This document shows positions 51,678-60,811 of a DNA stretch of 64,000 bases, in pieces (the first letter of the stretch is position 1; each line of letters opens with the position of its first letter). This DNA is from an uncultured Gemmatimonadales bacterium (GTDB lineage: Bacteria > Gemmatimonadota > Gemmatimonadetes > Gemmatimonadales > GWC2-71-9). A program made the translations under genes and the position numbers. The stretch lies in the NCBI GenBank assembly GCA_963748815.1, contig CAVVKJ010000017.1:63567-127566 (forward strand), written 5' to 3'. A model generated the notes under the pieces. That model was not told where the DNA came from and did no database searches. It was given only the letters and a program-made list of their open reading frames with translations.

Positions 51678-53240
51678 ATGACCACCACCGCGCCCCGCGC
51701 CACCCGCCTCCACGCCAACCTCGGTCCGGCCAGCCTCGTCGAGCAGGCCATCCAGCGGGGCGAGGGCCACCTGACCGACCGCGGCGCGTTCACCGCCGTC
51801 ACGGTTCCGCACACCGGCCGATCGCCCAAGGACAAGTTCGTCGTGGATGACCCGTCCATCGCGGGCGACGTGTGGTGGGAAAAGAACGCCAGGATGTCGG
51901 CGGCGCACTTCGACGCCCTGCACGCCGAGGTGCAGGCGCACCTCGAGGGACAGGAGCTCTTTCAGCAGGACCTCTTTGCGGGCGCCGATCCGAAGTATCG
52001 GCTCTCGGTGCGCTTCCGGAGCCCCAACGCCTGGCACATGCTCTTCGTCCGGAACATGTTCATCCGGCCCACGCTGGCCGACCTGGCCGGGTTCGCCCCC
52101 GGGTTCACCGTCCTCCACGCGCCGGAGTTCCAGGCCGACCCGAAGCGCCACGGGACCACCTCGGGCACGTTCATCGTCCTGAACTTCAGCAGGCGCATCA
52201 TCCTGATCGGCGGCACCCGGTACGCCGGCGAACTCAAGAAGTCGATCTTCACCGTCCTCAACTGGCTGCTGCCGGAGCAGAACGTCTTCCCGATGCACTG
52301 TTCGGCCAACATCGGGCCGGCGGGCGACGCCGCGGTGTTCTTCGGACTGTCGGGCACCGGCAAGACCACGCTTTCCGCCGATCCCAGCCGCCGCCTCATC
52401 GGCGACGACGAGCACGGCTGGAGCGACCGGGGCGTCTTCAATTTCGAGGGCGGGTGCTACGCCAAGGTCATCCGGCTGAGCGCCGCGGGCGAGCCGGAAA
52501 TCCACGCCGCCACCCAGATGTTCGGCACCGTGCTCGAAAACGTGGTCCTCGACCTCGACGACCGCTCGCCGATGTTCGACGAGGACACGATCACCGAGAA
52601 CACCCGCGCGAGCTACCCGATCGACTACATCCCGAATCACGAGCCAGGAGGCCAGGGCGGCCACCCGAAGACGGTCATCTTCCTGACCGCCGACGCCTTC
52701 GGCGTCCTGCCGCCGATCGCGCGGCTCACGCCGCGGCAGGCGATGTACCACTTCCTGTCCGGGTACACGGCCAAGGTGGCCGGCACCGAGCGCGGCGTCA
52801 CCGAGCCGAGCGCCACCTTTTCCTCCTGCTTCGGCGCGCCGTTCCTCCCGCGGCATCCGGGGGTCTACGCCAAGATGCTCGGCGAGAAGATCGCGAAGCA
52901 CGGCGCGAGCGTCTGGCTGGTCAACACCGGGTGGACGGGGGGCGCGTACGGCACCGGCTCGCGAATGAAGCTGGCGCACACGCGCAGCATGGTGCGAGCG
53001 GCGCTGGCGGGCGCGCTCGACGGCGCGACCTTCCGGAAGGATCCGGTGTTCGGCTTCGAGGTGCCCGCGGCGGTGCCCGACGTCCCGGCCGGCATCCTCG
53101 AGCCCCGCAGCACCTGGCCCGATCCGGCCGCCTACGACGCGCAGGCCGCCAAGCTGGCGCGGATGTTCGCCGACAACTTCGCGACCTTTGCGGCGGGGGT
53201 GGACGCCGAAGTCGCCGCGGCTGGGCCGGCCGCTGGCTGA
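51678..53240 (+). CDS. pckA: Phosphoenolpyruvate carboxykinase (ATP)
   Basis: [48 protein letters not shown]. Confidence 0.98.
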   Translation: MTTTAPRATRLHANLGPASLVEQAIQRGEGHLTDRGAFTAVTVPHTGRSPKDKFVVDDPSIAGDVWWEKNARMSAAHFDALHAEVQAHLEGQELFQQDLFAGADPKYRLSVRFRSPNAWHMLFVRNMFIRPTLADLAGFAPGFTVLHAPEFQADPKRHGTTSGTFIVLNFSRRIILIGGTRYAGELKKSIFTVLNWLLPEQNVFPMHCSANIGPAGDAAVFFGLSGTGKTTLSADPSRRLIGDDEHGWSDRGVFNFEGGCYAKVIRLSAAGEPEIHAATQMFGTVLENVVLDLDDRSPMFDEDTITENTRASYPIDYIPNHEPGGQGGHPKTVIFLTADAFGVLPPIARLTPRQAMYHFLSGYTAKVAGTERGVTEPSATFSSCFGAPFLPRHPGVYAKMLGEKIAKHGASVWLVNTGWTGGAYGTGSRMKLAHTRSMVRAALAGALDGATFRKDPVFGFEVPAAVPDVPAGILEPRSTWPDPAAYDAQAAKLARMFADNFATFAAGVDAEVAAAGPAAG

Positions 53241-54513
53241 CCGCTTCGAGGTCGTCCGCGACCCGCTCTGGGACAACATCCGGCTGGACGGATCGGCGCT
53301 GCGCGTGCTCGACACGCCCGCCGTCCAGCGCCTCCGATACGTGCGCCAGCTCGGCCACGCCTTCCTGGTCTACCCCGGGGCCACCCACTCCCGCTTCGAA
53401 CACGCCCTCGGCGCGTATCACCTCACCAAGTCCGCGCTGACGGCGCTGGCGGAACGCGGCGAACTCGACCCGGCCAGCGAGGAAGACCGGCTCGCCGCGC
53501 GGCTCGCCGCCCTCCTCCACGACATCGGGCACTACCCCTTCTCCCACAGCCTGGAGGAGGCCGGGTTCCTGCACCACGAGTCCCTCGGCGTCGCCAAGCT
53601 CACGCGCGGGGAGCTGGGAGACGTGCTGACATCCATCGGCGGCCCCGGCCTGGCCATCCGGATCGGCGAGCTCATCCGCGGCGAGAGCGCCAGCCCGCTC
53701 GGCGGGCTGATCAGCGGCTCGCTGGATCTCGACAAGATCGAGTACCTGAGCCGCGATGCTCGGATGTGCGGCGTCCCCTACGGCGCCGTCGACGTCGACC
53801 GGCTCCTCGCTTCGCTGACACTGGTGGAGAGCGGTCCGGGGCGCTGGGAAATCGGGGTGCATGAGAAGGGCATCAGCGCGCTCGAGTCGCTGCTCTTCGC
53901 CAAGTACCAGATGTACCGCAACGTCTACTGGCACCATGCGGTGCGGAGCGCCACCTGCATGTTCAAGCGGGCCGTGCGGCGGGCGGTGGCCGACGGGGTC
54001 CTCTCGCCCGGACGGATCGCGGAGGCCACCGACGGCGGCCTCATGACCGCCCTGCTCGCCGCCGATCCCACGGGCCTCGGCGCCCGCGTGCAGGAACGCC
54101 GGCTGTTCAAGCGGGCCCTCGACCTCCCGGCGAGCGATGTGCCCGACGACGTGCAGTCCTGGCTCTCCGACGACCCGGACTTGCTGGAACGGGTGGAGGA
54201 TGCCCTCGCCGTCGAGGCCGGCCTCGCTCCCGGGCTCCTCCTCCTCGACTTTCCCGAACGCACCTCGATGCTCGCGGTGGACCTCCCGCTGCGCACCCGC
54301 ACCGGCGGGGTGGAGCGCCTGACCAACGCCGGGCGCGCCGGACAGCTCGGCCTCCCCCGCGTGGCCGATGCCCTCTACGAAAGCGCGCGCCGGCTCCGGG
54401 TGTTCACGGAGGGACGCGCGACGGCCAAACTCGACGGATTGATGGGGTTGCTGGTGTTGCCCGCAGGCGAGGTCGCGAAGCGACTCGATGCCGGGGTCCC
54501 GCTGCTCAACTAG
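53233..54513 (+). CDS. HD-domain phosphohydrolase (dNTPase/SAMHD1-like)
   Basis: [47 protein letters not shown]; start codon uncertain (CTG). Confidence 0.88.
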   Translation: MADRFEVVRDPLWDNIRLDGSALRVLDTPAVQRLRYVRQLGHAFLVYPGATHSRFEHALGAYHLTKSALTALAERGELDPASEEDRLAARLAALLHDIGHYPFSHSLEEAGFLHHESLGVAKLTRGELGDVLTSIGGPGLAIRIGELIRGESASPLGGLISGSLDLDKIEYLSRDARMCGVPYGAVDVDRLLASLTLVESGPGRWEIGVHEKGISALESLLFAKYQMYRNVYWHHAVRSATCMFKRAVRRAVADGVLSPGRIAEATDGGLMTALLAADPTGLGARVQERRLFKRALDLPASDVPDDVQSWLSDDPDLLERVEDALAVEAGLAPGLLLLDFPERTSMLAVDLPLRTRTGGVERLTNAGRAGQLGLPRVADALYESARRLRVFTEGRATAKLDGLMGLLVLPAGEVAKRLDAGVPLLN

Positions 54514-54534
54514 GACACGAGCAGGAGCGTGCCC

Positions 54535-55764
54535 CTACTCGTGCCGGATTGCCTCGATCGGTGAGAGGCGCGCGGCGCGCAACGCCGGATAGATTCCGAA
54601 CACCACGCCCACCAGGACCGCCGCACCGGCGGAGACCGCCAGGGTCCCCCAGCTGAACGCCGCGTAGACCGGGGCATCGAGCTGCTGGCGCATCAGCGCC
54701 GTCACCCCGAACGCCCCGCCGAACCCCAGCAGCGTTCCGATCACCGAACCCAGCCCCGCAATCGCGACCGACTCGAGGAGGAACTGCGCGAGGAGGTCCC
54801 GACGCCGGGCGCCGATCGCCTTCCGGACCCCGATTTCCCGGGTCCGCTCCGTCACCGACGCCAGCAGCACGTTCATGATGCCGATCCCGCCCACCAGGAG
54901 GGCGATGCCGGTGATGGCGCCGAGGAACAGCTTGAACACTAGGATGGCGCGCTCGCTCTGATTGACCCGCTGCATGTTGGTGTGGACCCGCGCCTTCCGG
55001 GGCCACTCGGCGCCGTACCGTTCGCCCAGCCACGCCTCGACGCCTGCCTGCACCGCGCGCACATCTTCGATGCGCTCCGCCTGCAGCACCAGTGTGGGTG
55101 CCCGTGGCCTGGGCGTGGGGGCCAGGAGCGTCGCGGCGAGCTCGATCGGCGCGTAGACGCTCGGCACCCGCTCCGGCCCCGTGGCGGGCAGGACCCCGAC
55201 CACCTCGTACTCCTGTCCGCGGATGCCGACCTGTCGACCCAGCGCCGCGGCTGGATCGCCGCCACCGAGGGTCGCGCCGAGCCCTGCGGAGACCACGACC
55301 ACGGGAGTGCCCGCCGCCGCTTCCGCCGCCGTGAAGTACCGGCCCGCCGCAAAACTCCGCTTGAGCACCTCCGCCTGGGTCGGCAGCGTCGCCACGATGT
55401 CCACCGTGTCGCTCAGGCCGCCGGGAAGCTCGACCGCCGCCGACCCGTTCAGCGTGAGCAGCCCCGCCGAGATGTGCGGAACCGACGTCATGATGCGTTC
55501 GGCGTCGGCGCGGGTCAGCACCAGGTAGTCGTCGAGGGGATACGCCTGGTTGTCGATGATCTCGACGGTACGCGGTTCGAGCACCACGGACTGGAGGTCC
55601 GTCGTGGTGGCCAGTTGCTGGCGGCCGAAACGCTCCATGCCGTCGCCGAGGGTCAGGACGGCCACGAGTGCGGCGGCGCCAATGACGATGCCCAGAGTGG
55701 AGAGGGTGGTGCGGAGGGGGTTGGCCCGGAGGGTGCCGAGGGCGATGGAGAGGGAGGCTGTCAT
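54535..55764 (-). CDS. ABC transporter permease (MacB/FtsX-like)
   Basis: RT.LS.LGIVIG, VGGIGIMN..LASV.ERT.EIG.RKA.GA, GIYPA.RAA.L.PIEA.R.E. Confidence 0.92.
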   Translation of the reverse strand: MTASLSIALGTLRANPLRTTLSTLGIVIGAAALVAVLTLGDGMERFGRQQLATTTDLQSVVLEPRTVEIIDNQAYPLDDYLVLTRADAERIMTSVPHISAGLLTLNGSAAVELPGGLSDTVDIVATLPTQAEVLKRSFAAGRYFTAAEAAAGTPVVVVSAGLGATLGGGDPAAALGRQVGIRGQEYEVVGVLPATGPERVPSVYAPIELAATLLAPTPRPRAPTLVLQAERIEDVRAVQAGVEAWLGERYGAEWPRKARVHTNMQRVNQSERAILVFKLFLGAITGIALLVGGIGIMNVLLASVTERTREIGVRKAIGARRRDLLAQFLLESVAIAGLGSVIGTLLGFGGAFGVTALMRQQLDAPVYAAFSWGTLAVSAGAAVLVGVVFGIYPALRAARLSPIEAIRHE

Positions 55765-55816
55765 GGCAGGCCCTTACGGGGCGCCTGGGTCGAACGTTTC
55801 AGGGTGGAGCGAGGGG

Positions 55817-56551
55817 TCAGTCGAGCGATTCGATCTTCACGACGATGGTGGTGATGTTGTCGAGGCCGCCGCGGCGGTTCGCCTCGAGGATCATTCGGTC
55901 GACCCAGGCCTGCGGCCCCTGCGGGTCAGCCAGGATCTTGACCAGCTGCTCGTCCTCCAGCATGCCGGTCAGGCCGTCGGACGCCAGCAGGATGACGTCG
56001 CCCGCGCGGAGGTCGCCGAAATAGACGTCGGGGACCACGTCGCTTCCCGCACCGACGCAGCGGGTGATCACGTTGCTGTAGGGATGGACCCGAGCCTGCT
56101 CGGGGGTAAGGAGGCCCGCGTCCACCTGTTCCTGGACGTAGGAATGGTCGCGGGTGACCTGCAGGAACTCGCCATCCCGGAGGAGGTAGGCCCGGCTGTC
56201 GCCGACCTGGCCGATAAAATACCGGCCGGGGAGGAGCACCAGCGCGGTGGCCGTCGTCCCCATGCCGCGCTTGTCGTGCTCCGAGAGGGTCCGCTCGAAA
56301 ATGGCCTCGTTGGCGGTGACCATCGACCGCGCAATCCGCTCGGAGGCCTCCGCGTCGGGGAGGCCGCGGATCGACCCGATTTCACGGGAGATGATCCGCA
56401 CCGCCATTTCGCTCGCCACTTCGCCGGCGGCGTGGCCCCCCATCCCGTCGGCGACGATGAACACCCCGCGCTCGGCGAGCATGAGGTAGTTGTCCTCGTT
56501 GCCGGAGCGGACAACACCGACGTCAGTTCGGGCGGCGCATGTGAAGTGCAC
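55817..56551 (-). CDS. PP2C-family Ser/Thr protein phosphatase (Stp1/IreP)
   Basis: RSGNED, VADGMGG, GTT, VGDSRAY, SDGL, GG.DNIT. Confidence 0.95.
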   Translation of the reverse strand: MHFTCAARTDVGVVRSGNEDNYLMLAERGVFIVADGMGGHAAGEVASEMAVRIISREIGSIRGLPDAEASERIARSMVTANEAIFERTLSEHDKRGMGTTATALVLLPGRYFIGQVGDSRAYLLRDGEFLQVTRDHSYVQEQVDAGLLTPEQARVHPYSNVITRCVGAGSDVVPDVYFGDLRAGDVILLASDGLTGMLEDEQLVKILADPQGPQAWVDRMILEANRRGGLDNITTIVVKIESLD

Positions 56552-56560
56552 GGAGCCTCG

Positions 56561-57853
56561 TCAGCGACCGAAGAAGAAGTAGTAACCCACGGCCGCGACC
56601 GCGGCGATCACCACCACAAAGACCACGCCCCAGACCGGGAACCGCGACCTGTCCGCGCGTCGGCGCGAGACGATCCGACGCGGTGGATCGGCCGGCGGCG
56701 GAGCCGGCCGGGTCGTCGACATCCGCGGCGTCTCCGGGATGGCGATGGCCCCGACCACGCGGGTGCCGCCCCCGACGGGCTGCGGCCCGCGAACGTCGGT
56801 GGGGTCGAACAGCACCGTCACGTCGCCGAACCGCACCGTCGAACCCGGCATCAGCGGCATCTCACCTCGAACCTGGTCGCCGTCCACGAACGTGCCGTTG
56901 GTGGAGTCGAGGTCGGTGAGGACCCAGAGTTCCTCGCGCCGCTGCAGCTTGGCGTGCGAGGCGCTGACACTCTCCTCCCCGAAGACAAGATCGTTGTAGT
57001 CGGCGCGCCCGATGTTCACGACGGGCGTGCGGATCGGCAACCGCTGCCCCCGGAGGCTCCCGGTGCGCACCAGCACGGTGGCCAGGGGCGGCGGCGCCGT
57101 CGGCCTCGATGGGAAGGCCGGAACCATTGCCGGGATGCCGTGCACGGTATCGAAGAGTCGGTGCGCCGCGCCTGGCGGCGGTGAATCCGCGGGCTGCGCG
57201 GGCTCGGCATAGAACCGGAATTCGGCCGGCCCGATCGTCAGCACGTCGCCGCGCGTCAGGGTCCGCCGCTCACCGGCCCGCTCCCCGTTGACCAGCACTC
57301 CGTTCGCGCTGGTGTCCTCCAGCACATAGCCCGCGGGACCGCTCGCGATGACGGCGTGCCGCCGGGAGACGTCCGTGGACTCGATGACGATGTCGCAGGA
57401 GGCCTCCCGTCCGAACACCAGGGGACCCTGGCCGATCTGGTACTCCCGACCGTCGCTGAGGCTCACCAGGCGGCCGCCGGTCATGGGGCCACCCGCCCCC
57501 GCTGGCGAAGACCGCCCCGGTGCCGTGGCGGCGCGAAGCGCCGCGGCGTCCGCCATCCGGGTGGTCCCCACCTGACGGTCATCGACAACCACCAGTTCCA
57601 CGACGCCGACCTGGATCTTGTCGCCGTGCAGCAGGGGCACCGGATCGGCGCTCAAGCGGACGCCGTTGACCATCACGACGGTGTCCGGTCCGGCCGGGCG
57701 AATCGCGGCGCCCGCTCCCGAAGCGCGCACCAGGGCATGTCGCTCCAGCACCCCCGCGTGCTCCAGGCGCACCGCCGCCGCGGGTGACGCCCCGATGACG
57801 GATTCCCCCGTGGCGAGCGGCCACCGCTGGCCGCCAAGTGCAAGTTGAATCAT
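56561..57853 (-). CDS. Triple FHA-domain protein with a C-terminal TM anchor
   Basis: FHA1 is degenerate (IGA...ERHA...VNG); FHA2 FGR...SRRHA...SANG; FHA3 IGR...SASHA...STNGT. Confidence 0.88.
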   Translation of the reverse strand: MIQLALGGQRWPLATGESVIGASPAAAVRLEHAGVLERHALVRASGAGAAIRPAGPDTVVMVNGVRLSADPVPLLHGDKIQVGVVELVVVDDRQVGTTRMADAAALRAATAPGRSSPAGAGGPMTGGRLVSLSDGREYQIGQGPLVFGREASCDIVIESTDVSRRHAVIASGPAGYVLEDTSANGVLVNGERAGERRTLTRGDVLTIGPAEFRFYAEPAQPADSPPPGAAHRLFDTVHGIPAMVPAFPSRPTAPPPLATVLVRTGSLRGQRLPIRTPVVNIGRADYNDLVFGEESVSASHAKLQRREELWVLTDLDSTNGTFVDGDQVRGEMPLMPGSTVRFGDVTVLFDPTDVRGPQPVGGGTRVVGAIAIPETPRMSTTRPAPPPADPPRRIVSRRRADRSRFPVWGVVFVVVIAAVAAVGYYFFFGR

Positions 57854-57863
57854 CTTCGAAAAC

Positions 57864-59663
57864 CTACCCCGTCGCCGCCCGGGAAGGCAAGGAAGCGTCC
57901 TGCGCCGCCAATTGCAGTCGGTAGAGTCGCTCGTACAGCCCCCGCTGCTCCAGCAGCCCTCGATGCCCGCCCCGCTCCCGGACCTCGCCGTGGTGGAACA
58001 CCAGGATCTCGTCGGCGTGCAGGATCGTGCTCAGCCGGTGCGCCACGACGATGCTGGTCCGTCCGGCCATGAGTTCCCCGATCGCCTGCTGAATCTGGGC
58101 CTCGGCCTCGGTGTCCACCGAGCTCGTGGCCTCGTCGAGCACGAGGATGCGCGGGTCCAGCGTCAGCGCACGGGCGAAGCTCAGGAGCTGTCGCTCGCCG
58201 ACGCTCAGCGACTTGCCCCGCTCGCCCAGTACGTGGGCATACCCGGCCGGGAGGCGATCGATGAACCGGTCGGCGCCGACGCGCCGGGCGGCGGCGCGGG
58301 CGGCCTCCTCCGACACCGGGGCATCGAGGCGCAGGTTGTGGAGCACGTCGCCCGAAAAGAGGAAGAGGTCCTGCTGGACGAAGCCGATGCACCGCCGCAG
58401 CTCGGCCGTGGGGAGATCGCGGATGTCCACGCCGTCGAGGGTGATGCGTCCCCGCTCGGGATCATAGAAGCGGAGCAGGAGGCTGATGACCGTCGTCTTC
58501 CCCGCCCCGGTCTGCCCCACCAGCGCCACGGTCTGCCCGGGCGAGGCCGTGAACGACACGTCGCGCAGGACCCACGCGCCCTCGGCCCGGTACCGGAACC
58601 AGACCCCCTCGAACCGCACCTCGCCGCGGACCGGCCGGGGCAGCGTCACGGGCGTGACCGGCTCCGGCACCGTCACCGGTGCGTCGAGCAGGCCGAAGAT
58701 CCGCTCGGACGACGCCATCGCGCTCTGGACGATATTGAACTTTTCGGAGAGGTCCTGGAGGGGCTGGAAGAACCGCCGCGTCAACTGGATGAACGCGGCG
58801 AGGGTGCCGACCGTCAGGGTCTGGTCGGCAAACCGCACGCCGCCGTACCACAGCAGCAGCGCGACCGCGACCGAGCCCAGCACCTCGATGATCGGGAAGA
58901 AGACGGCGTACACCGTGATCGAACGGAGGTGCGCGTCGAGGTGCGACCGGTTGACCGTCGCGAACTCCTCGGCGACGTCTCGCTCCCGGCCGAAGAGCTG
59001 GACGATGCGCATGCCGGAGAGGTGCTCCTGCAGGAAGCTGTTGAGCCGGGCCAGCCGGACCCGGATGTCGCGAAACGCCTCGCGCACCTGGCGGCGGAAG
59101 AGGAAGGCGGTGAGCCAGACCAGCGGGATGACCGCGAATGCGACCAGCGCCAGCCGCCAGTCGGTCCAGGTCATCAGTCCCATGATGGCCAGGAGGGTGA
59201 AGAGATCGCCAAAGATGGCGACGACGCCGGACGAGAAGAGCTCGTTGAGCGTCTCGACGTCGGAGGTGACGCGCGTCATCAGCCGCCCGACCGGGTGCCG
59301 GTCGAAGTACGGGACGCTCAGGCGCTGCAGCCGACCGAAGATCTCCATCCGGAGGTCGTGCATCACGCCCTGGCCGATGTGCGCGGTCAGGAGGCCCTGC
59401 GCGTACTCGGTGCCGAATTCGAGGAGGAGGGCCGCGAGATAGGCCGCGGTGAGGGTGCCGAGCAACCCGAAGTCACGCTGCGGCACCGCGACGTCGAGCA
59501 CCTGCTTGGTGAGGACCGGCCCGACGAGGGCGAGTACCGCGTTGACGACGAGCAGGCCGACCGCGAGGGCCACCAGTCCGCGCCGTGGGCGCAGGTAGGT
59601 GAGCATCCGTCGCATCAGCCCCGCGTCGTACGACCGGCCAAGAGCGTCTTCCTGCAGGGTCAT
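57864..59663 (-). CDS. ABC transporter ATP-binding/permease (MsbA-like exporter)
   Basis: TMD with FD...GRLMTR; GQTGAGKT, LSVGERQ, LDEATS, AHRLST. Confidence 0.93.
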   Translation of the reverse strand: MTLQEDALGRSYDAGLMRRMLTYLRPRRGLVALAVGLLVVNAVLALVGPVLTKQVLDVAVPQRDFGLLGTLTAAYLAALLLEFGTEYAQGLLTAHIGQGVMHDLRMEIFGRLQRLSVPYFDRHPVGRLMTRVTSDVETLNELFSSGVVAIFGDLFTLLAIMGLMTWTDWRLALVAFAVIPLVWLTAFLFRRQVREAFRDIRVRLARLNSFLQEHLSGMRIVQLFGRERDVAEEFATVNRSHLDAHLRSITVYAVFFPIIEVLGSVAVALLLWYGGVRFADQTLTVGTLAAFIQLTRRFFQPLQDLSEKFNIVQSAMASSERIFGLLDAPVTVPEPVTPVTLPRPVRGEVRFEGVWFRYRAEGAWVLRDVSFTASPGQTVALVGQTGAGKTTVISLLLRFYDPERGRITLDGVDIRDLPTAELRRCIGFVQQDLFLFSGDVLHNLRLDAPVSEEAARAAARRVGADRFIDRLPAGYAHVLGERGKSLSVGERQLLSFARALTLDPRILVLDEATSSVDTEAEAQIQQAIGELMAGRTSIVVAHRLSTILHADEILVFHHGEVRERGGHRGLLEQRGLYERLYRLQLAAQDASLPSRAATG

Positions 59664-60760
59664 CCGGCAGGGCCCGCGCCGGCGGCCGCCGACACGGGGG
59701 GGCCGTCCAGCTCCTCGAGTCCCTTGATCCCCTGGCGCACCCAGCTCGAGAACACCAGGAATCCGAAGGCGATGGTGAAGTAGCTGAGGATGGTGCGCCA
59801 GGCGAGGGTGTAGAGCGGTGTCATGGCGGCCGGCACGTACGCCGTCATGACGATGGCCGAGAGCACCTCGGCGATGCCGCTGGCGCCCGGGGTCGGGGCG
59901 AAGTAGAGCAAGAAGGTGATCAGCGTCTGGACCAGCAGGACATCGACGAAGTGGGCCTCGATGCCGATGACGCGAAGCGCCACATAGCCGGCCAGCAGCT
60001 TGTTGGCGTGCGACGGCCCGGAAAGCAGGGTCGCCCAGAAGAGGGAGAGCCACCCGCGGGGGGTGTTGAACCTGGCGATACTCTGGTGCGCCTCGTCGAT
60101 GCCGACCAGCAGCTTCTCGAGCCGCGCCTCGATGCGCCGGCTGCGCCGCCCGGCCCAGACCGCCAGGCGATGGACGCCCTTGCTGGCCACCTGCGGGAAC
60201 ACGATCACGACGATCAGCAGGACGCCGAGGGTCGCAAAGACGCCAAGGGTGCCGAGGAAGAGGTCGTAGAGAGAGAGCCCGAGGAGGTCGCCCTTGGAGC
60301 CAAGCGACTGCCCCGCGCCCAGGAGGATGGCCAGCGGCCCGGTGATGCCGAAGAAGACGATGGTGGCCACGAAGGTCACGAGCGCCGTCGTCATCCCCAC
60401 GGGCACGCTGACGCCGTACCGGCGCATCGTGTAGATCATCATCGGCGCCGCGCCCGACTGCAGCGGCGTCAGGTAGGCGGCCCACGCGCTCATCCCGCCT
60501 GCCAGCAGCATCCCCTTGAGGGGCGGGTTAGGGTGCAGCTCACGCGCCACGACCCAGATCCGGAGCCCCCCCCCGATCCAGTCCATCGAGGCCAGGCCCA
60601 GCCCGACGAGCACCCACCCCCAATGCAGCTGGGTGAGCCCACGGAGGAACACCGGGAGATTGTCCCCATAGACGAGGACCGCGACATACCCGACCAGGGA
60701 GATGCCGACGAAGATCTCGAACCCGCGCAGGAGCAGCTTTGGAGAGAGTGGGTTGGCCAT
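59660..60760 (-). CDS. Lysylphosphatidylglycerol synthase TM-domain / flippase-like protein (UPF0104)
   Basis: TP.QSG, PTPGASG.AE, WR...Y; multiple TM helices. Confidence 0.8.
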   Translation of the reverse strand: MANPLSPKLLLRGFEIFVGISLVGYVAVLVYGDNLPVFLRGLTQLHWGWVLVGLGLASMDWIGGGLRIWVVARELHPNPPLKGMLLAGGMSAWAAYLTPLQSGAAPMMIYTMRRYGVSVPVGMTTALVTFVATIVFFGITGPLAILLGAGQSLGSKGDLLGLSLYDLFLGTLGVFATLGVLLIVVIVFPQVASKGVHRLAVWAGRRSRRIEARLEKLLVGIDEAHQSIARFNTPRGWLSLFWATLLSGPSHANKLLAGYVALRVIGIEAHFVDVLLVQTLITFLLYFAPTPGASGIAEVLSAIVMTAYVPAAMTPLYTLAWRTILSYFTIAFGFLVFSSWVRQGIKGLEELDGPPVSAAAGAGPAG

Positions 60761-60811
60761 GAGTGCGGAAACGTACGGGTCGGCGGAGGCGGGGTCAACT
60801 ATCTTTTGGGC

